Assembly (NCBI RefSeq): GCF_963676685.1
Contig: NC_092353.1
Location: 20,398,001-20,462,000, forward strand
Reading direction: 5' to 3'
Origin: Mytilus edulis
Lineage: Eukaryota
Length of the DNA: 64,000 nt
The translations under genes and the position numbers were made by a program. Position 1 is the first letter of the stretch; every line of letters begins with the position of its first letter. Below are positions 44,999 through 58,749 of the stretch, piece by piece. The notes beneath the pieces were generated by a model. It searched no databases. It was not told where the DNA came from and saw only the letters and a list, made by a program, of their open reading frames with translations.

Positions 44999-45799
44999 TT
45001 AGGAACCTTGGTATTTTTGTCATCTTACTTTTTTACTTGCAGTTTGTCTTTCGCCCCTCTTTTGTCATTTCACATGTTAAGCTGTTTGTTGGTTGCATAT
45101 GATGTCTTTGCTCTAAATCTATCCGAATCTACTTTATGTTGAAATCTTGGAAAACAATTTATCAATTTGAGTTAGAAGTGATTATAATTTATAAGATGTT
45201 ATTTTCATTTCTAGCTCTCGTCAAAATACATGTTTAGAGTTCTAGTTTCCTGCTGAATGTCGGTCGTTCTCTACTGGTATTCCGACAAATCTGAACCTCA
45301 TGATACCACCAATTCATCTGAAAGTCCCGTTGAATAGTAAGAATAAAGCAATACAACTGCTGCTAAGCTTTTAACTAACGAGAGTATAATCAACTTGATA
45401 ACATTTTTTACTTACATTATCCGTTTATAAATTCATAAATTATTAAGTAACTAAGATTCCATCTCCCGCGGGCAAATTTGACCTTAAACAGTCATAAAGC
45501 ACATACCATTATAGGTAGTAATAAATCCTTGGCTCTCCATTCTTTTCTATTTGAAAATTCCCGATAGAGATGAAAAGATTAGTAAGAACCACTTTTAGAA
45601 GTTTTTATTTTCATAGTATACAAATATATTCAATTCAGGTTTAAACAAAAATATCGAAATATATGATATAAACTAAAGATATATGAATACAAATACTACA
45701 ATCACTTTATAATCCAGGTCAAAATTTTTAATTTGCACATTATTTTAATTCACAAACTCTTTTATTATATATATCTTTATTCTCATAAAGCCAATGCAT

Positions 45800-46890
45800 T
45801 ACATCGGTACAGAGATAACAGATACAACAATAAATATTTACAATATGTACAAAACAAGCGAGAGAGGTTACAAAAGTTACAAGCCAGGAGTACAAACACT
45901 AGTATTTATATTTTTTATAAAAGAACAAAGCTTCTTCAGAACTGGTTTTCTTGTACTTGACATAAGTTCAGAGAATTTAACTGTATTTTGCCGTTTTGTA
46001 AAATATTCAGTTAAAAACTCTTTGCGTTTTTGATGGAAAAAATTGCATTCAAATATAAAATGATATTCGTCACCTATTTGTCGAATGTTACATAGACTGC
46101 AAAAGCGGTTTTCTCTGATCACGTTTTGCCATCATCCTGTTTCAATCGGCAGCTTAGTATTAGTCGTTCTAAATCGACAAAAAACAATAGCGTCTTTGAA
46201 GTCCAAAATATTAAAATATTCTTCGAATTCCAAGTTTTTCTTAAAAATTTTGTAGTTAATACCTTTTGGTGAATTTTGAATGAGGGAATTCCAGTTGTGA
46301 AAATATTGATCTAGCAATCTCTGCTTTATAACAGTTTTTAACCATTCTTTATTAACAAAATTTTGTGACTCCCATATGTATGAGAAACCACAATCTTGAA
46401 ATATTTTTTGTATAAACAGGATCCATTTTATCTGGACATTATGGTGCTCGTTCATATGACGAGAAAGTTGATATAATATGAAGGAAAACTTTGCTTGTTT
46501 ACCGGATATCAAATTTGCCCAGAATAGTACTGTTCGAACTTTAATATCTATTTCGATCGGATGACGACCTAGTTCCCCGTAAACCATATAATTTGGCGTT
46601 GAGGATTTCAAGTTTAAAAGAATTTTACAAAATTTTAAATGAATCTTTTCCAGGATATCATTATTACCAAAGCCCCATATTTCGCACCCATACAATAGAA
46701 TGGGCTAAAGCCTTGATCATTTTGTCAAAAAGGTCAAGCTGACATTTAACAGAAAGCTGATACATCCTTCCTATTTTCAGGACTTCGTACATGGCTTTTA
46801 AGGCCTTATCGGATAAATATTTTTTAGTCATATTAAAGTTTCCTGTTTTAGTAAAAACAATACCCAAATAGTTAAACTGCTTTACTAAAC
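45800..46890 (-). pseudogene. 5'-truncated degenerate LINE (CR1/L2-supergroup-like ORF2 C-terminus)
   Basis: YLGIVF, YGCEIWG, VYGELGR, RFRTTNTKLPIETG, RFCSLC..IGDEYHFIFEC; frameshifts at ~46690 and ~46132. Confidence 0.85.
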
Positions 46891-47489
46891 CATTTTAAAG
46901 AGGTTATTTTAGATAGAAAATCTTGCTCTTGCCGAAGAATAAATAAAATATGTTTCACGTTCAAATACATATTTCAAATCTGGACTTCAGATATGTGTAT
47001 CAAGACAACCTCGTTATTCCGATACACCCATGTTACGACATACTTTTATTCAACAGTCTGATATATGAAGACAAGGGTTAATAGTTGTGTCATAAGAATG
47101 TCAACTTGTAGAGTTTAATCAATGTTCCAGAAAAAAGAACCATTTATTTATTTCAAAATTCAAAACTAGAAAACCGAGCAGCTCATTTGTCGTCCTGAAT
47201 ATGCATGACATTTTTGGCTACTTGATTTACCATTGTTTAAACAAGGCAAAGTCAGTGACTTGCTATTGGGAAACCAAACAGGCCTTTGAAACTGCGATGC
47301 TATTTGTCTCAGATATGACGATTCTATGACAGTGTCGTGGGAACTAAAACATGGAACAGAACCTATTTCAAAATATAAATTGCCAAAATGTGTTGATGAC
47401 GCTTTTTAAATAATTTACGTCCATGTCTACTCCTTCTAAAATTGTAATAACTGTGTTTGAATACTAACATCAAAGTTTTAAAAGAGATC

Positions 47490-48050
47490 AAAGTCGAAAT
47501 TTCGATTGTAAAAAAAAATCGAAATTTTGAGTTTACAAAAAGTCGAAATTTTGAGTTTAAAATAAGTTGAAATTTCGAGTTTAAAATAAGTCGAAATTTT
47601 GAGTTTTATAAAAGTAGAAATTTTGAGTTTAAAAAAAGTCTTAATTTCGAGTTTAAAGCGAAAATTTCGACTTTTTGTAAGTCGAAATTTCGAGTTTCAA
47701 AAAAAGTCAATATTTCGACTTTTCAAAAAGTCGAAATTTTGAGTTTTATAAAAGTCGAAATTTTGAGTTTTTAAAAAGTCGAAATTTCGAGTTTAAAGCG
47801 AAAATTTCGACTTTTTGTAAGTCGAAATTTCGAGTTTCAAAAAAGTCAATATTTCGACTTTTCAAAAAGTCGAAATTTCAAGATTTTTGAAAGTCAAAAT
47901 TTCAAATTGATGTCAAAATTACGAGATTTGAAAAGTCAAAATTTCAAGTTAAAGTCAAAATTTCGAGATTTGAAAAGTCAAAATTTCGACTTTGAAAAAA
48001 AAGTTCACTGCCAATTTAATTTTTTCTATGTCCCTAATACGCTTCCGTAG
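47490..48050. repeat. Array of ~20-bp AAAGTCGAAATTTYGAG repeats in both orientations (transposon subterminal-like)
   Basis: More than 20 direct and inverted copies, with an internal block duplication. Confidence 0.8.
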
Positions 48051-48769
48051 ATTGATGATGTGTTTTGACATGGAATTTTGATATTCAGCAAAAAAGCTGC
48101 AAATTAGAAAAAAGGTTTGTATATTTTGTTTAAAAATAATGCATATTGAAATAAATAATTAATTTTTAATTCAATTATACTTAACTTTTACATTTTAATT
48201 AACGTTTTTAAAATTGATATTATAACATAACATAATTATTTACGGTACAATTGCTTTTTTATTAAACCTGTTTCCTAAGAGAAAAATATTTAAAAAGATA
48301 ATAAATTAAATATGTTTGTATCTTTCTAAATTTCATTAGTAACAATAAGCGCATGTTTTTTGTTTGTTTTTGCAGTCGCCTCTATATTATTTGAGACCAG
48401 AAAAAAATAAAAAAGAAAAAAAAAATGTATGCCTATATATAGGTATTATTTGGTAAGTTTATACGGAAAAGTAATATATTTAAAAATGAATCAATTTTTT
48501 AATGTAACATACAAATTCAGTATCTTAAATACAAAATATAAATCGTAACATATGACTGTTTTTTAAAGATAAATAGGCTGCATAAGTATGTAACAAAATA
48601 TATATCTATTTACTATTTTAAGCATTTCGAATACAAAACACTTGTACACGCTTATCTCAAATATATATACAAAAATTATGTAACATTTAATCTAATAATA
48701 CTAGATTATGTTTTAAGGAAAAAAGTTTGAATGAAAATATCTGCATTACATTTCGTACCTGTTGTAGAT

Positions 48770-49410
48770 ATGAAAAAAATATGGCAGACAAACAGTGGTC
48801 CTCAGATGATAACTTGGAGGAAATATTGATACGGAATCAACTATCCAACAGGCTGATGTCACTGTAAACCCTGATACGAAATCAACTATCCAACAGGCTA
48901 ATGTCACTGTAAACCCTGACACGAAATCAACTATCCAACAGGCTAATGTCACTGTAAAGCCTGATACGAAATCAACTATCCAACAGGCTAATGTCACTGT
49001 AAAGCCTGATACGAAATCAACTATCCAACAGGCTAATGTCACTGTAACGCCTGGTACGAAATCAACTATCCAACAGGCTAATGTCACTGTAAACCCTGAT
49101 ACGGAATCAACTATCCAACAGCTGATGTCACTGTAAACCCTGATACGGAATCAACTATGTCACTGAAAGTTATAGAAAAGACGAGAAAAGGTCGTCCCGT
49201 AAATGTAATGGAGATACCTAAGAGATTTACAGCTAAACAGACAGTATCTGCTGCTAAGAAGAAAGATTTACTGAATCTTTGTAAAACTGGTGTTATTCCG
49301 AGAGAGTACAACAGCCTCTACAAAGGATTACAATCTGACAACAAAACACCAAATATACTCCCATATCCGGATTTTGAGGAGGATTAAATTGACTCCGAAA
49401 AAGAAGAATA
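48770..49410 (+). pseudogene. C-terminal remnant of a Sola-like DNA transposase
   Basis: VSAAKKKDLLNLCKTGVIPREYNSLYKGL followed by an acidic tail resembles Sola1-type transposase C-termini (from memory, not searched). Confidence 0.45.
48826..49160. repeat. 42-bp minisatellite (~8 copies)
   Basis: TGATACGAAATCAACTATCCAACAGGCTAATGTCACTGTAAACCC-type unit. Confidence 0.95.
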
Positions 49411-52400
49411 ATGATTAAGGCTGGAAACTGCATCAGTTGTCTTCAAAACAAATACAATCTAACAATCTTGGTTTATCAGTTATATTAATACAACTTAAGA
49501 GAATATTAGGAAGAAGAACACTTGCGACATTTATAACATTAACTGATATAGTGAATTATGCATTTCATTTTCCATTCACGTAACCTTAGGAAACTCAATG
49601 ATTGTTGCTGTGTTATATTTTGTTGTAATCAAGTACATGGAATTATTGTAGTCTAATTGCCACTTATGTCGAATTAAGGAAACATAAGAAAGTTTTCAAA
49701 AAGGAATATTCTAAAGGGAAAGTTTAAATAAGCCTTTATTCCTCCATTATTATTTCAATTTTGAAATTACTATATTTTGTTTTATTAACAACATCCAATC
49801 TTTTTCTATTAGAACTTTTGTCTTTTCTTCTTTAAGATTCAGTGAAAATGACTTCACACAATACATACATTTATAAATTCAATTTCTTTATGTGTATATA
49901 ATTTCATCATGTGTTTTAGAAAAGAATAGTATTTATTATAAAAATAAAAAGGATCCATTGCCATAAATTCTTTTAAATTAAATGTAACCTTTTAAAACAA
50001 AAACAAAAAAATAATTGGAAAATAATTCGTCAAAAAAAATGATTTTGTTCACTGAATAATTATATATTCTTTTTAATTCACTTTCCGTGGTTACTTTGTG
50101 TATAGTTTTCCCTGTAATTACATCATCTTATATATTATTTACTTTAACTTAACAATGTTTAATTATTTTGAATTTGTTCACAGTATATAATTCAAAACAA
50201 ATAAAAAATAATAAGTTATATTAATTCGTTTTTCAAATTCAACAATCTCTTATCGTTTGCAAATGCAATGATGCTTACAAAACAACATTTAGAATATGAT
50301 ATACCACACAGGTTTAAATTTGTGACACAAACATCTGTATTACTTTTTAATCATACTTATCCGTTAAACGTTTCAAGTGCAATTATATCTTTTATCTGAC
50401 AACCAATTAGCATCAAATTATAAAAGGATAGTAACTATGTCTATTTTTGCAATCTATGTTAATTTGATACATTTCTGTAGTAAAATAGAATTTACATTTA
50501 CAGTCAAACTTTGTATGTCGGTTTCTGAAAAGTCACAACTTTCTAGATACGAGATTGTTGCATTAACCCATCGATTTAATTTGTATTATCCCTTAAAAGA
50601 CATGTTTTATGGATTTTTTAAATAGTTTTGATAGTTACTTATTCAAAAATATTATTAGTGGCAGAACGAGATAACATTTAGATAGATGACAATCTTGCTT
50701 AATAAGTGCTTTATAATATTCTTTACTTACATTCTCCGTTTATAAATTCATAAATTATAAAAACATTCAAATGGATCTCCTCTTACATCCTTTCTTGGTC
50801 CCATAACTGTTGAATAACTAATTACAAAACACATAAATTAGTAGAGTATAAAATGTTTTAACCAACTGCCCCTACATTTGTTTCACTCACAGGGTTTACA
50901 TATAATTGACATGTTGTACGTTAATTGAATAGAAAAGTGTCTATCTTTTTTTCTACCGTTGGTAAGCGCTAGATTTTATTGCTGCAGGCATTTTGATATC
51001 AAATTGGAATGTGTTCCTGATTTCATGTGTCAGCTGCTTTTCATTCCTGATAACGAGATGTGCTGATAACACGGTCAATTAGATCATTTCACATTTAAGT
51101 AATAGGTTTTGCTTTTGCTTTTAAATACTTGACAAAATTGATCTGACATCCTTCTTTAAATGAAGATTTTTAAAAGTACATGCTTTTTTAACTATGCAAT
51201 GAAGATTTAATGTATCTGCTAACAGGGGTTCAAAATGTATTATGTATTTTTAGTTTCAATGCAAATCGTTATTTCTACATTGAACAACTAAATGTTTTGA
51301 CCGCTACATGTTTATATAAAAGAGCTTATATACTACTTCTATCCCATTAATTCATGCTGTTACTCATAGATAGATTTTGCTATCCTTGATAGGTCCTCAT
51401 TGGTACAAAATAATGCTACAATTTAGTCTGATAGAACAACATTAGATTAAATACAACTTAATATGCAAATAATGCAAATTCTAAGGCAGTTACTATCCCG
51501 TAACTCCCTTGTTATAAGCAGAAACATGAAGCAAACGGAACTTAAAAGAATCTGCAGTTTATAACTCTTGTTTCGTAGCTATATTTTAATAGGTTTTCGG
51601 TAACAATAATAATTGTGGCAAGTGACAACGAATTCTTAAATAAAAAGAGTATCTACAGTCATCATCATCAATATGATATTTAAAAAAAAACCCATATCTG
51701 TATGTTATTTCATCTTCACAATGTTTACTGTTGGTATGGAAGGTCTAACAGCATCACTGTCTCGTTATGGTCGTTAATATAACTATGACGCTAAAATGAA
51801 ATTCATATTGTCGAGATCGAGTCTCTTAAATACAACATGAACACGTTAACAAAAGATGCATTATAATTTATTTGTGTAGGAAAAAAGGATTGGTAATTGT
51901 ATTGTTCTTTGCAGGAGATATAACAGCTGCCACATTAATAATTACATTGTTTCAATACACCACATTGGGCTCCATATTTTTATTGATACCAATATTATTT
52001 TATGAACCTTTTTGAATATTTTTAAATAATTCAAATTCACCTTGAAACATGTATGCATGATTAAGCAACATGCATATTGAATGATATGCGACAGAAAAGC
52101 TAATGAAGCAACTTGTATTGAGTAAATGTTATGCAGTAAAACTTTATAATCCGTCTAATAGTCACAGGGCTCCACATATTGCAAACTATCATTTTACTAG
52201 TAAATATCAAATATTAAAACCATCATTAGAATCATTCGAAAGAATAAAACACAATGTCAAAAATAATTGATTTTAATGAGTTGAATATTGTTAACAGTTG
52301 CCATGTGTGCAACTAACAGTGCTATGGTTAAATATGATACTCCTGCATGGGCAAATATAATTAAGACAACGCACAGACAACTCCCTACAATAACACTGAA

Positions 52401-52619
52401 AACCAATTTGAGTAACTAACTTTCTAAAACCTGGATCTTTGAATAAAATGGGAAAATATCATTACATAAAATGTAGTATGCTCAATGAAATTGACCCTTT
52501 TCAGTTATTGAAATATTTAATTGTTGCACTATGTCTACAAATATGAACCATCGTATTTTATTTTAGGTCGTCTTGCTTACATAAAATACAGGTAAGTATG
52601 AACATCATATATTGGAAGA

Positions 52620-53030
52620 AAAGAATTAAAGCTAAAAAACTCTCGTAATTTACTGTCGATATGCACGTCTACATAGTATGTCCTTAATATCTAAAAAGGT
52701 TTCATGAAATTCTGTTGTGTGGTTTCAGAGGAGTTGCGATGACAAACTGTTGCAGTAGTATATTTAGGCAAATAAGTTTAAAGGGGCGTAACCTCTAGAA
52801 AAAAAATTGTATCGTAATTTCCTGTCGATATGCACATCTACATAGTATGTCCTTATTATCGACAAAGTTTCATGAAATTCTGTTGTGTGATTTCAGAGGA
52901 GTTGCGATGACAAACTGTTGCAGTAGTATATTGGGGCAAATAAGTTCAAAGGGGATTAACTCCTAGAAAAAAATTGAATCATAATTTCCATAGTATGTCC
53001 TTATTATCTAAAAACTCCTCTGAAACCATA
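52620..53030. repeat. ~184-bp tandem repeat (2+ copies)
   Basis: TTTCATGAAATTCTGTTGTGTG.TTTCAGAGGAGTTGCGATGACAAACTG at ~52700 and ~52868, plus a partial third copy. Confidence 0.75.
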
Positions 53031-53380
53031 CAAAGTCAGAAATATTTGTGATATGACGTATAAATGTAATGTTTTGTACTTCCTGAATTTGTTTTTGAAA
53101 CAATCTTTTTTCCACAGAAAATGCCAATTTTTGAGAAAATATCCAAATTACCGTTATCGATCCGGGTCTTATACGCTTTCGCATGCTCAGTCGACGTACT
53201 GCCCGCAGAATTTAACTTTATATATGAATAATATAGGACAATGGAGTAGATTAAAAATTACACCATTTCCGGCCCTTTTGTTTTCCACATAATTAATATT
53301 CCCAATAATTAAAAAGTTGCGGGTCGAATCCGATACCGATTCCAATAGTATATTTCACATAATTACCTGATCCCTGTTAC

Positions 53381-54493
53381 CGGTGCTTTTCATTTGCGCC
53401 AATTGGCATTTCATTTGCGCCAAAAAAATCTTTCATTTGCGCCACAAACCATATTTCATTTGCGCCAAAAACTAAATCTTTCATTTGCGCCAATATTACA
53501 GGTAAGTACAGGTAAATACAGGTAAATACAGGTAATAATAGTATAAAACATAAAAAATTTCAAAAAGTCTTTCAATAATGAAGAATCATATTCCACTGAG
53601 AAATCAGTTATCATAAAATCATGTTAAAACCTGAATACAACCGAAAAGAAAGCACTATACACTGGAGTACATTATTGAGACATTTGTTAGCACTATAGTA
53701 AAGTTACAAGTCTGTTCTGGCACAAAATTTATAAGCAACGGTCTTGATGTAGTCATGCCTTGAAATTTCCCCATGCCATGTTTCTCCATAAGAAAGTGAG
53801 TTTTCTCTTTCTCCCATCGTCGAACTGCAGCCGGTGTGTCCATAGATCTCATTTTGATGTATGTAGTAGCCTGAATCTTCTTTACAACGTCAACATAAAT
53901 AAACATGTTTGGATGTTTTGAATAAAATTGTTCATTAAAATGTGCATGGAATGACTCCGAACTCTGACTCTGAGTTGTTGAGATTCTACTTTCTTCTTTA
54001 TTCCATGGTTGTGCTCGTTTAAAGTTTTTATAATTGTTTTGCTGTCCGTATCAGTCGTAATCCTGGCTTTACAGGTTTTTTCGGTACACCTGATGGATTT
54101 TTCTCCATTTTTTAAAACGCTTGATAACCTATATATGTGGTCATCAAATATCACAGAATTCTTCCCTCTGTTTGTCTCAGATTTGACTATGTCCACCTTG
54201 ACACCTCACACTGGACTGGTCATGTGAACACTATATATATAATTATAACCTTAGTGACTCTCAGTTTTGTAAATAGAAATGAGTATGAACTCACACATAT
54301 AACCAAGGGGGAGTTATGTACAAACAGAAAACAAAATAAATCGTAAATAATATTTATCTTTTCCGTTATATTACCTGTCATACCTGTAAAATGGCGCAAA
54401 TGAAGGGTTTTCTTTTGGCGCAAATGATATATAACCTTGTGGCGCAAATGAAAGGTTTGATTTTTTTTTAAATTGGCGCAAATGAAATGCGCC
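53381..54493 (-). mobile_element. MULE/Mutator-type deletion derivative with FLYWCH remnant
   Basis: Flanking direct repeat CCCTGTTAC (53372-53380, 54494-54502). TIRs are built of TTTCATTTGCGCCA repeats. Confidence 0.88.
53882..54196 (-). pseudogene. FLYWCH zinc-finger N-terminus of a MULE transposase (catalytic domain deleted)
   Basis: TNRGK..IFDDHIY...IRCTEKTCKARI...EHNH. Confidence 0.8.
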
Positions 54494-54566
54494 CCCTGTT
54501 ACATAATCTGTACATTCCGCCTCTGTCAGGCGCACACCAAACGGTGTATTGAGGATTTGCTATTAA

Positions 54567-55120
54567 GGGGGCTCCTTGGTATAAATCAATTTTTTTTTCT
54601 AATATAGGATTTCGCTATATTTTTTTTATAAATGAACTTTATCATATACTTAAAGGAAAAATGAAATAAAAAGATGGAGTCACCGTTCATTTAAGCTCAC
54701 AATCTGCCTCTGGAAGAAGCATACATTTTTGTTAATGTCCTTTTTTTCTGTTGAACTAATAGGAGAAATAGATGTAATATCGAAATAAAAAAATAACCTA
54801 ATTACAGAAATTGCTTAAATTTTACAACTATTTAGTTTATGTACAGCTTATTTGAAAACAATAATAAAAAATATAGGTCACCGTTGAGTTAAAAAAAGTT
54901 ATTTCAAATTTATGGCATTTTTGCACCAAAGAGAGATAATTTGGAGCTTTTTCAATGATATAAACATTTTAAAAGTCATCTGGGGCCAAACTGAATAAAT
55001 TTTTTGGGTTGATTTTTGTACCATATCATTAAGTAATAATAAATGGTGTAATAAATAAAACTTGTAATGAAAAAATAAAGGTTTAATTTTTTGCTGAAAT
55101 TTTTTTACCCAGGAGCCACC
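54567..55120. mobile_element. Second copy of the TTAA-flanked non-autonomous transposon
   Basis: ttaa|GGGGGCTCCTTGGT...CCCAGGAGCCACC|ttaa; reverse complement of 37410-37982. Confidence 0.85.
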
Positions 55121-55240
55121 TTAACACGGGTAATAATCACACCTGAACTTCGTGATTTTACCAAAATGACAATACGAATTCTAAAAATTCAGGCTAAAAC
55201 TAAGGGGTAAGTTCTTTAATTCAGTCAAGGACCTGCGATG

Positions 55241-55398
55241 CATACCCGTAGCCAGGGGGGGGGGGGGGGGTTCGGACGAAACCGCCCTTGAAAACAAATA
55301 ATGACAGTTAAAGTCAACGTTGTGTTCGAATTGTTACTGTTAAAGTCTAGTTTTTGAGGCCAACGAACCTTCTTTGGAAATTCCTGGCTACGGGCCTG
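55241..55398. mobile_element. MITE with 5-bp TSD CGATG
   Basis: cgatg|CATACCCGTAGCCAGG...CCTGGCTACGGGCCTG|cgatg. Confidence 0.75.
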
Positions 55399-56416
55399 CG
55401 ATGTCGCGGGTATGGTATAGTTAGCCTTATGCGTTTCGTCCATATGTATGAATGAATAACCAGTTGCACTCAGGACTCTTCAGTAGATAGTGCAAATGGT
55501 TAAAAAGGTGACAAAACCACATAGCATCATATTCCAGGTAGCAATGTTCGGTATATGTCAATGTACTTTTTTTTATTTGGCTATCTGGATGGAAAGTATT
55601 TGTTTCAAATGCATCTAAAATAATTTAATCTATCTTAAACTATTCATGCTCAGTGGATGCTGCTTCAATACTTCCTGGTGATGACAATTTCAACGATCTT
55701 ACCTTTGTTGTTTATATCAGAAAGAATGCATTGGCATAACAATGAACTGAGCTTAATGCAAAGCACTTTAATAATGCACTTAGACAGAGGGCTCAATCCA
55801 GTGATTTACTTCTTGAACACCAAAAAACAAACATGCCTTACTGCACGGATCGGAGGTCCTGAAAATAGACATGTAAATTAATTATATAATATGTAAATAA
55901 AATGTCTATGTACATGTATATAAAACTCAAATACAAATATATAAAAATACAAATTTCTGATAAAAATAGTTAGTAAAAAGCAAGTAGATGTCACTATATG
56001 CACAAATAAATACATCCTGAGTGCCTTTCTCTTGAAATAAGAACACACTTCCACCTTATCTTGGTAAACAGGTGAAGAAAAAAACATTCAAAACTAAAAA
56101 GTTTTCAGTGTCTATTACCATCACCACTGAATCAATATATTTGTATTAGTACATGTACATGTATTTGCATCAGTGTAAAAATGTGCTAAAAAGTAGTAAA
56201 TTTTTTACTAAAATAAATGTATAATTTACGCTTGTGTATGGCTGTATGTAATTGTTTCGCGCCTACATCAATATTCATAGCAGTGGAAAAGTTTTTCTGT
56301 GGATAAATATATATATATATATATATAAATGTACGTCTGAGTCAGTGACAACTCAACAACAGATTTATCCATCGGATCACCAGCAAAGTTGGTGATACAT
56401 GGCTGTGTACATTATG

Positions 56417-56597
56417 TATATACAACTCGTCTAAACATCAACCCAATGTTAGATCTGTAAATTTGCTTTCTCAATTTTTTTTGTCACGATATCTCAGTAG
56501 CCTGGGTTCGAATCCCGGCGAGGGAAGAACAAAAAAATTGAGAAAGCAAATTTACAGATTTAACATTGTTGGGTTGATGTTTAGACGAGTTGTATAT
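56417..56597. repeat. Fold-back of a tRNA-derived SINE-like fragment with Pol III B-box in the loop
   Basis: Arms ~56417-56483 and ~56530-56597 are inverted. GGTTCGAATCC at ~56506. Ends lie in TA-rich sequence. Confidence 0.65.
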
Positions 56598-57494
56598 ACA
56601 TATATACATGATATACACAAGGCTGGTGTGGACGAATGGACTACATCTAGACATAAGGTCTATGCAATTTTGATAAATATATACATGTATATATGTACAC
56701 GAGGCTGGTGTGGACACACTTGCATGGATGCACAAAAAATCTAGATACATGAAGATAGAGAGAGCGAGGTATTGATGATTTTATACAGAGTTTTATGTAT
56801 TTTACTTTCGAAAAAAAAAGACATTGCAATAAAATGGATGTATCAGACATGTCAGATGCAGACGCTAATCTATTTAACTCTCCCAGTCATCCATTATGGA
56901 GTCAAAGTCTCGTGACAGTACTCATGTACAACTAAAACTATGCCTAGTAATTCATCTGATTCAACAAATGCAAGTACTGTGAAATGTTTCAAAACAGCCT
57001 ATTAATTGTGAAGTAATTGCAGGTCTCCCCATTTATGTTAAAAAATAAAACAAATTGACAAATAATAATTAGATGACCATTAGTCCAAAGCAAGGTGTTA
57101 CAGGGAAAAAAAATAGCTAACAAATTGACAAATAATTAGATAACCGTTAGTCCAAAGACGGAACGTGTCACAGGAAAAAAATAAAATAGCCTTTCAACAT
57201 GGTCAAGACGTCATAATTATTTGGCTTAGATGACCATTTGATAATTTTGGGGGCCATAAGTAATATTTTCCAAATTGAATATTCATTTTCATCTGTTATG
57301 CTTATTTTATTCAGTGGACATGTGGATATGATATTCATTTTCAAAATCCAAAAACTCCCCAAAAAATCAAAGAATAATGATCCCCTTTCCTTTCAACTTT
57401 ATACTACTTCTGTACTCAGATCTAATCCTCTTGCACACTGTTTTTGTTGCTCTCAAGAACATATATAACTATATTATAATAAGTTTAGCTTCTA

Positions 57495-58742
57495 CAGACC
57501 CCTTATCTGGAATCTGGGAAATGTCCTACTATAGTGAGAATTTCTTCTCACAATCGATAGGGATTTTTGTTTGGGGGTAAAAGTTTTGAAGCTATGTGTT
57601 AAGGGGAGGGGGGTCATTATGTGGTGAAAATTTTGAACATACCCTTCAGCCGATAAACGAAGACCGTTCCCTAGGTTTAGCTTCTAGATACCCCTCTACT
57701 TAGTGAGAATTTCTCCTCGCGTAAGGTTCCAGTTCTCATTATTGAATCCGACTGAAAACATATGAAAAAGCATTCCGACCTGGGAGTTCTTGCCTTCACC
57801 TGTTAAATCTGACAGTCAAGAGACAGGTTATTCCACTGGTCGACTAAAACAAATTTCACTGACGGCAATCGATAGGGATTTTTGTTTGGGGTCAAAGTTT
57901 TGAAGCTATGTGGTAAGGGGAGGGGGTCATTATGTGGTTCATAAATATTTTTTTTTGGGGGGGGGGTCAATAAATTTGAACATATATACCCCTCAGCTGA
58001 TAAACAATGACCGTTCCCTAAGTTTAGCTTCAACAGACCACTCTACTATAGTGCGAATTTCTCCTCGCGTAAGGTTCCAGTTCTTATTATTTAAATCCAA
58101 CTGAAAACATGTGAAAAGTATTCCGACCTGGGAGTTCTTGCCTTCACCTGTTAAATCTGACAGTCAAGAGACAGGTTATTCCACTGGTCCACTAAAACAA
58201 ATTTCACTGACGGCAATCGATAGGGATTTTTGTTTGGGGTCAAAGTTTTGAAGCTATGTGGTAAGGGGAGGGGGTCATTATGTGGTTCATAAATATTTTT
58301 TTTTTGGGGGGGGGGTCAATAAATTTGAACATATATACCCCTCAGCTGATAAACAATGACCGTTCCCTAAGTTTAGCTTCAACAGACCACTCTACTATAG
58401 TGCGAATTTCTCCTCGCGTAAGGTTCCAGTTCTTATTATTTAAATCCAACTGAAAACATGTGAAAAGTATTCCGACCTGGGAGTTCTTGCCTTCACCTGT
58501 TAAATCTGACAGTCAAGAGACAGGTTATTCCACTGGTCCACTAAAACAAATTTCACTGACGGCAATCGATAGGGATTTTTGTTTGGGGGGTCAAAGTTTT
58601 GAAGCTATGTGGTAAGGGGAGGGGTGACCGTTCCCTAAGTTCAGCTTCTACAGACCCCTCTACTATAGTGAGAATTTCTCCTCGCGTAAGGTTCCAGTCC
58701 TCATTATTTAAATCCAACTGAAAACATATGAAAAAGCATTCC
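57495..58742. repeat. ~348-bp tandem repeat (about 3.5 copies, central two near-identical)
   Basis: CAATCGATAGGGATTTTTG recurs at ~57551, 57866, 58214 and 58563. Confidence 0.92.
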
Positions 58743-58749
58743 TTTTTTT

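Noticed and set aside
48746-49087. 113-aa TLACWIVDFVSGFTV repeat protein
   Set aside because: Reading-frame artefact of a 42-bp minisatellite; no splice or promoter support.
39500-52600. Additional host genes among the 60-125 aa ORFs
   Set aside because: Low-complexity AT-rich or repeat-derived; I could not find a phase-consistent exon chain.
56495-56525. tRNA gene
   Set aside because: Only a T-arm/B-box is present; no cloverleaf or A-box.
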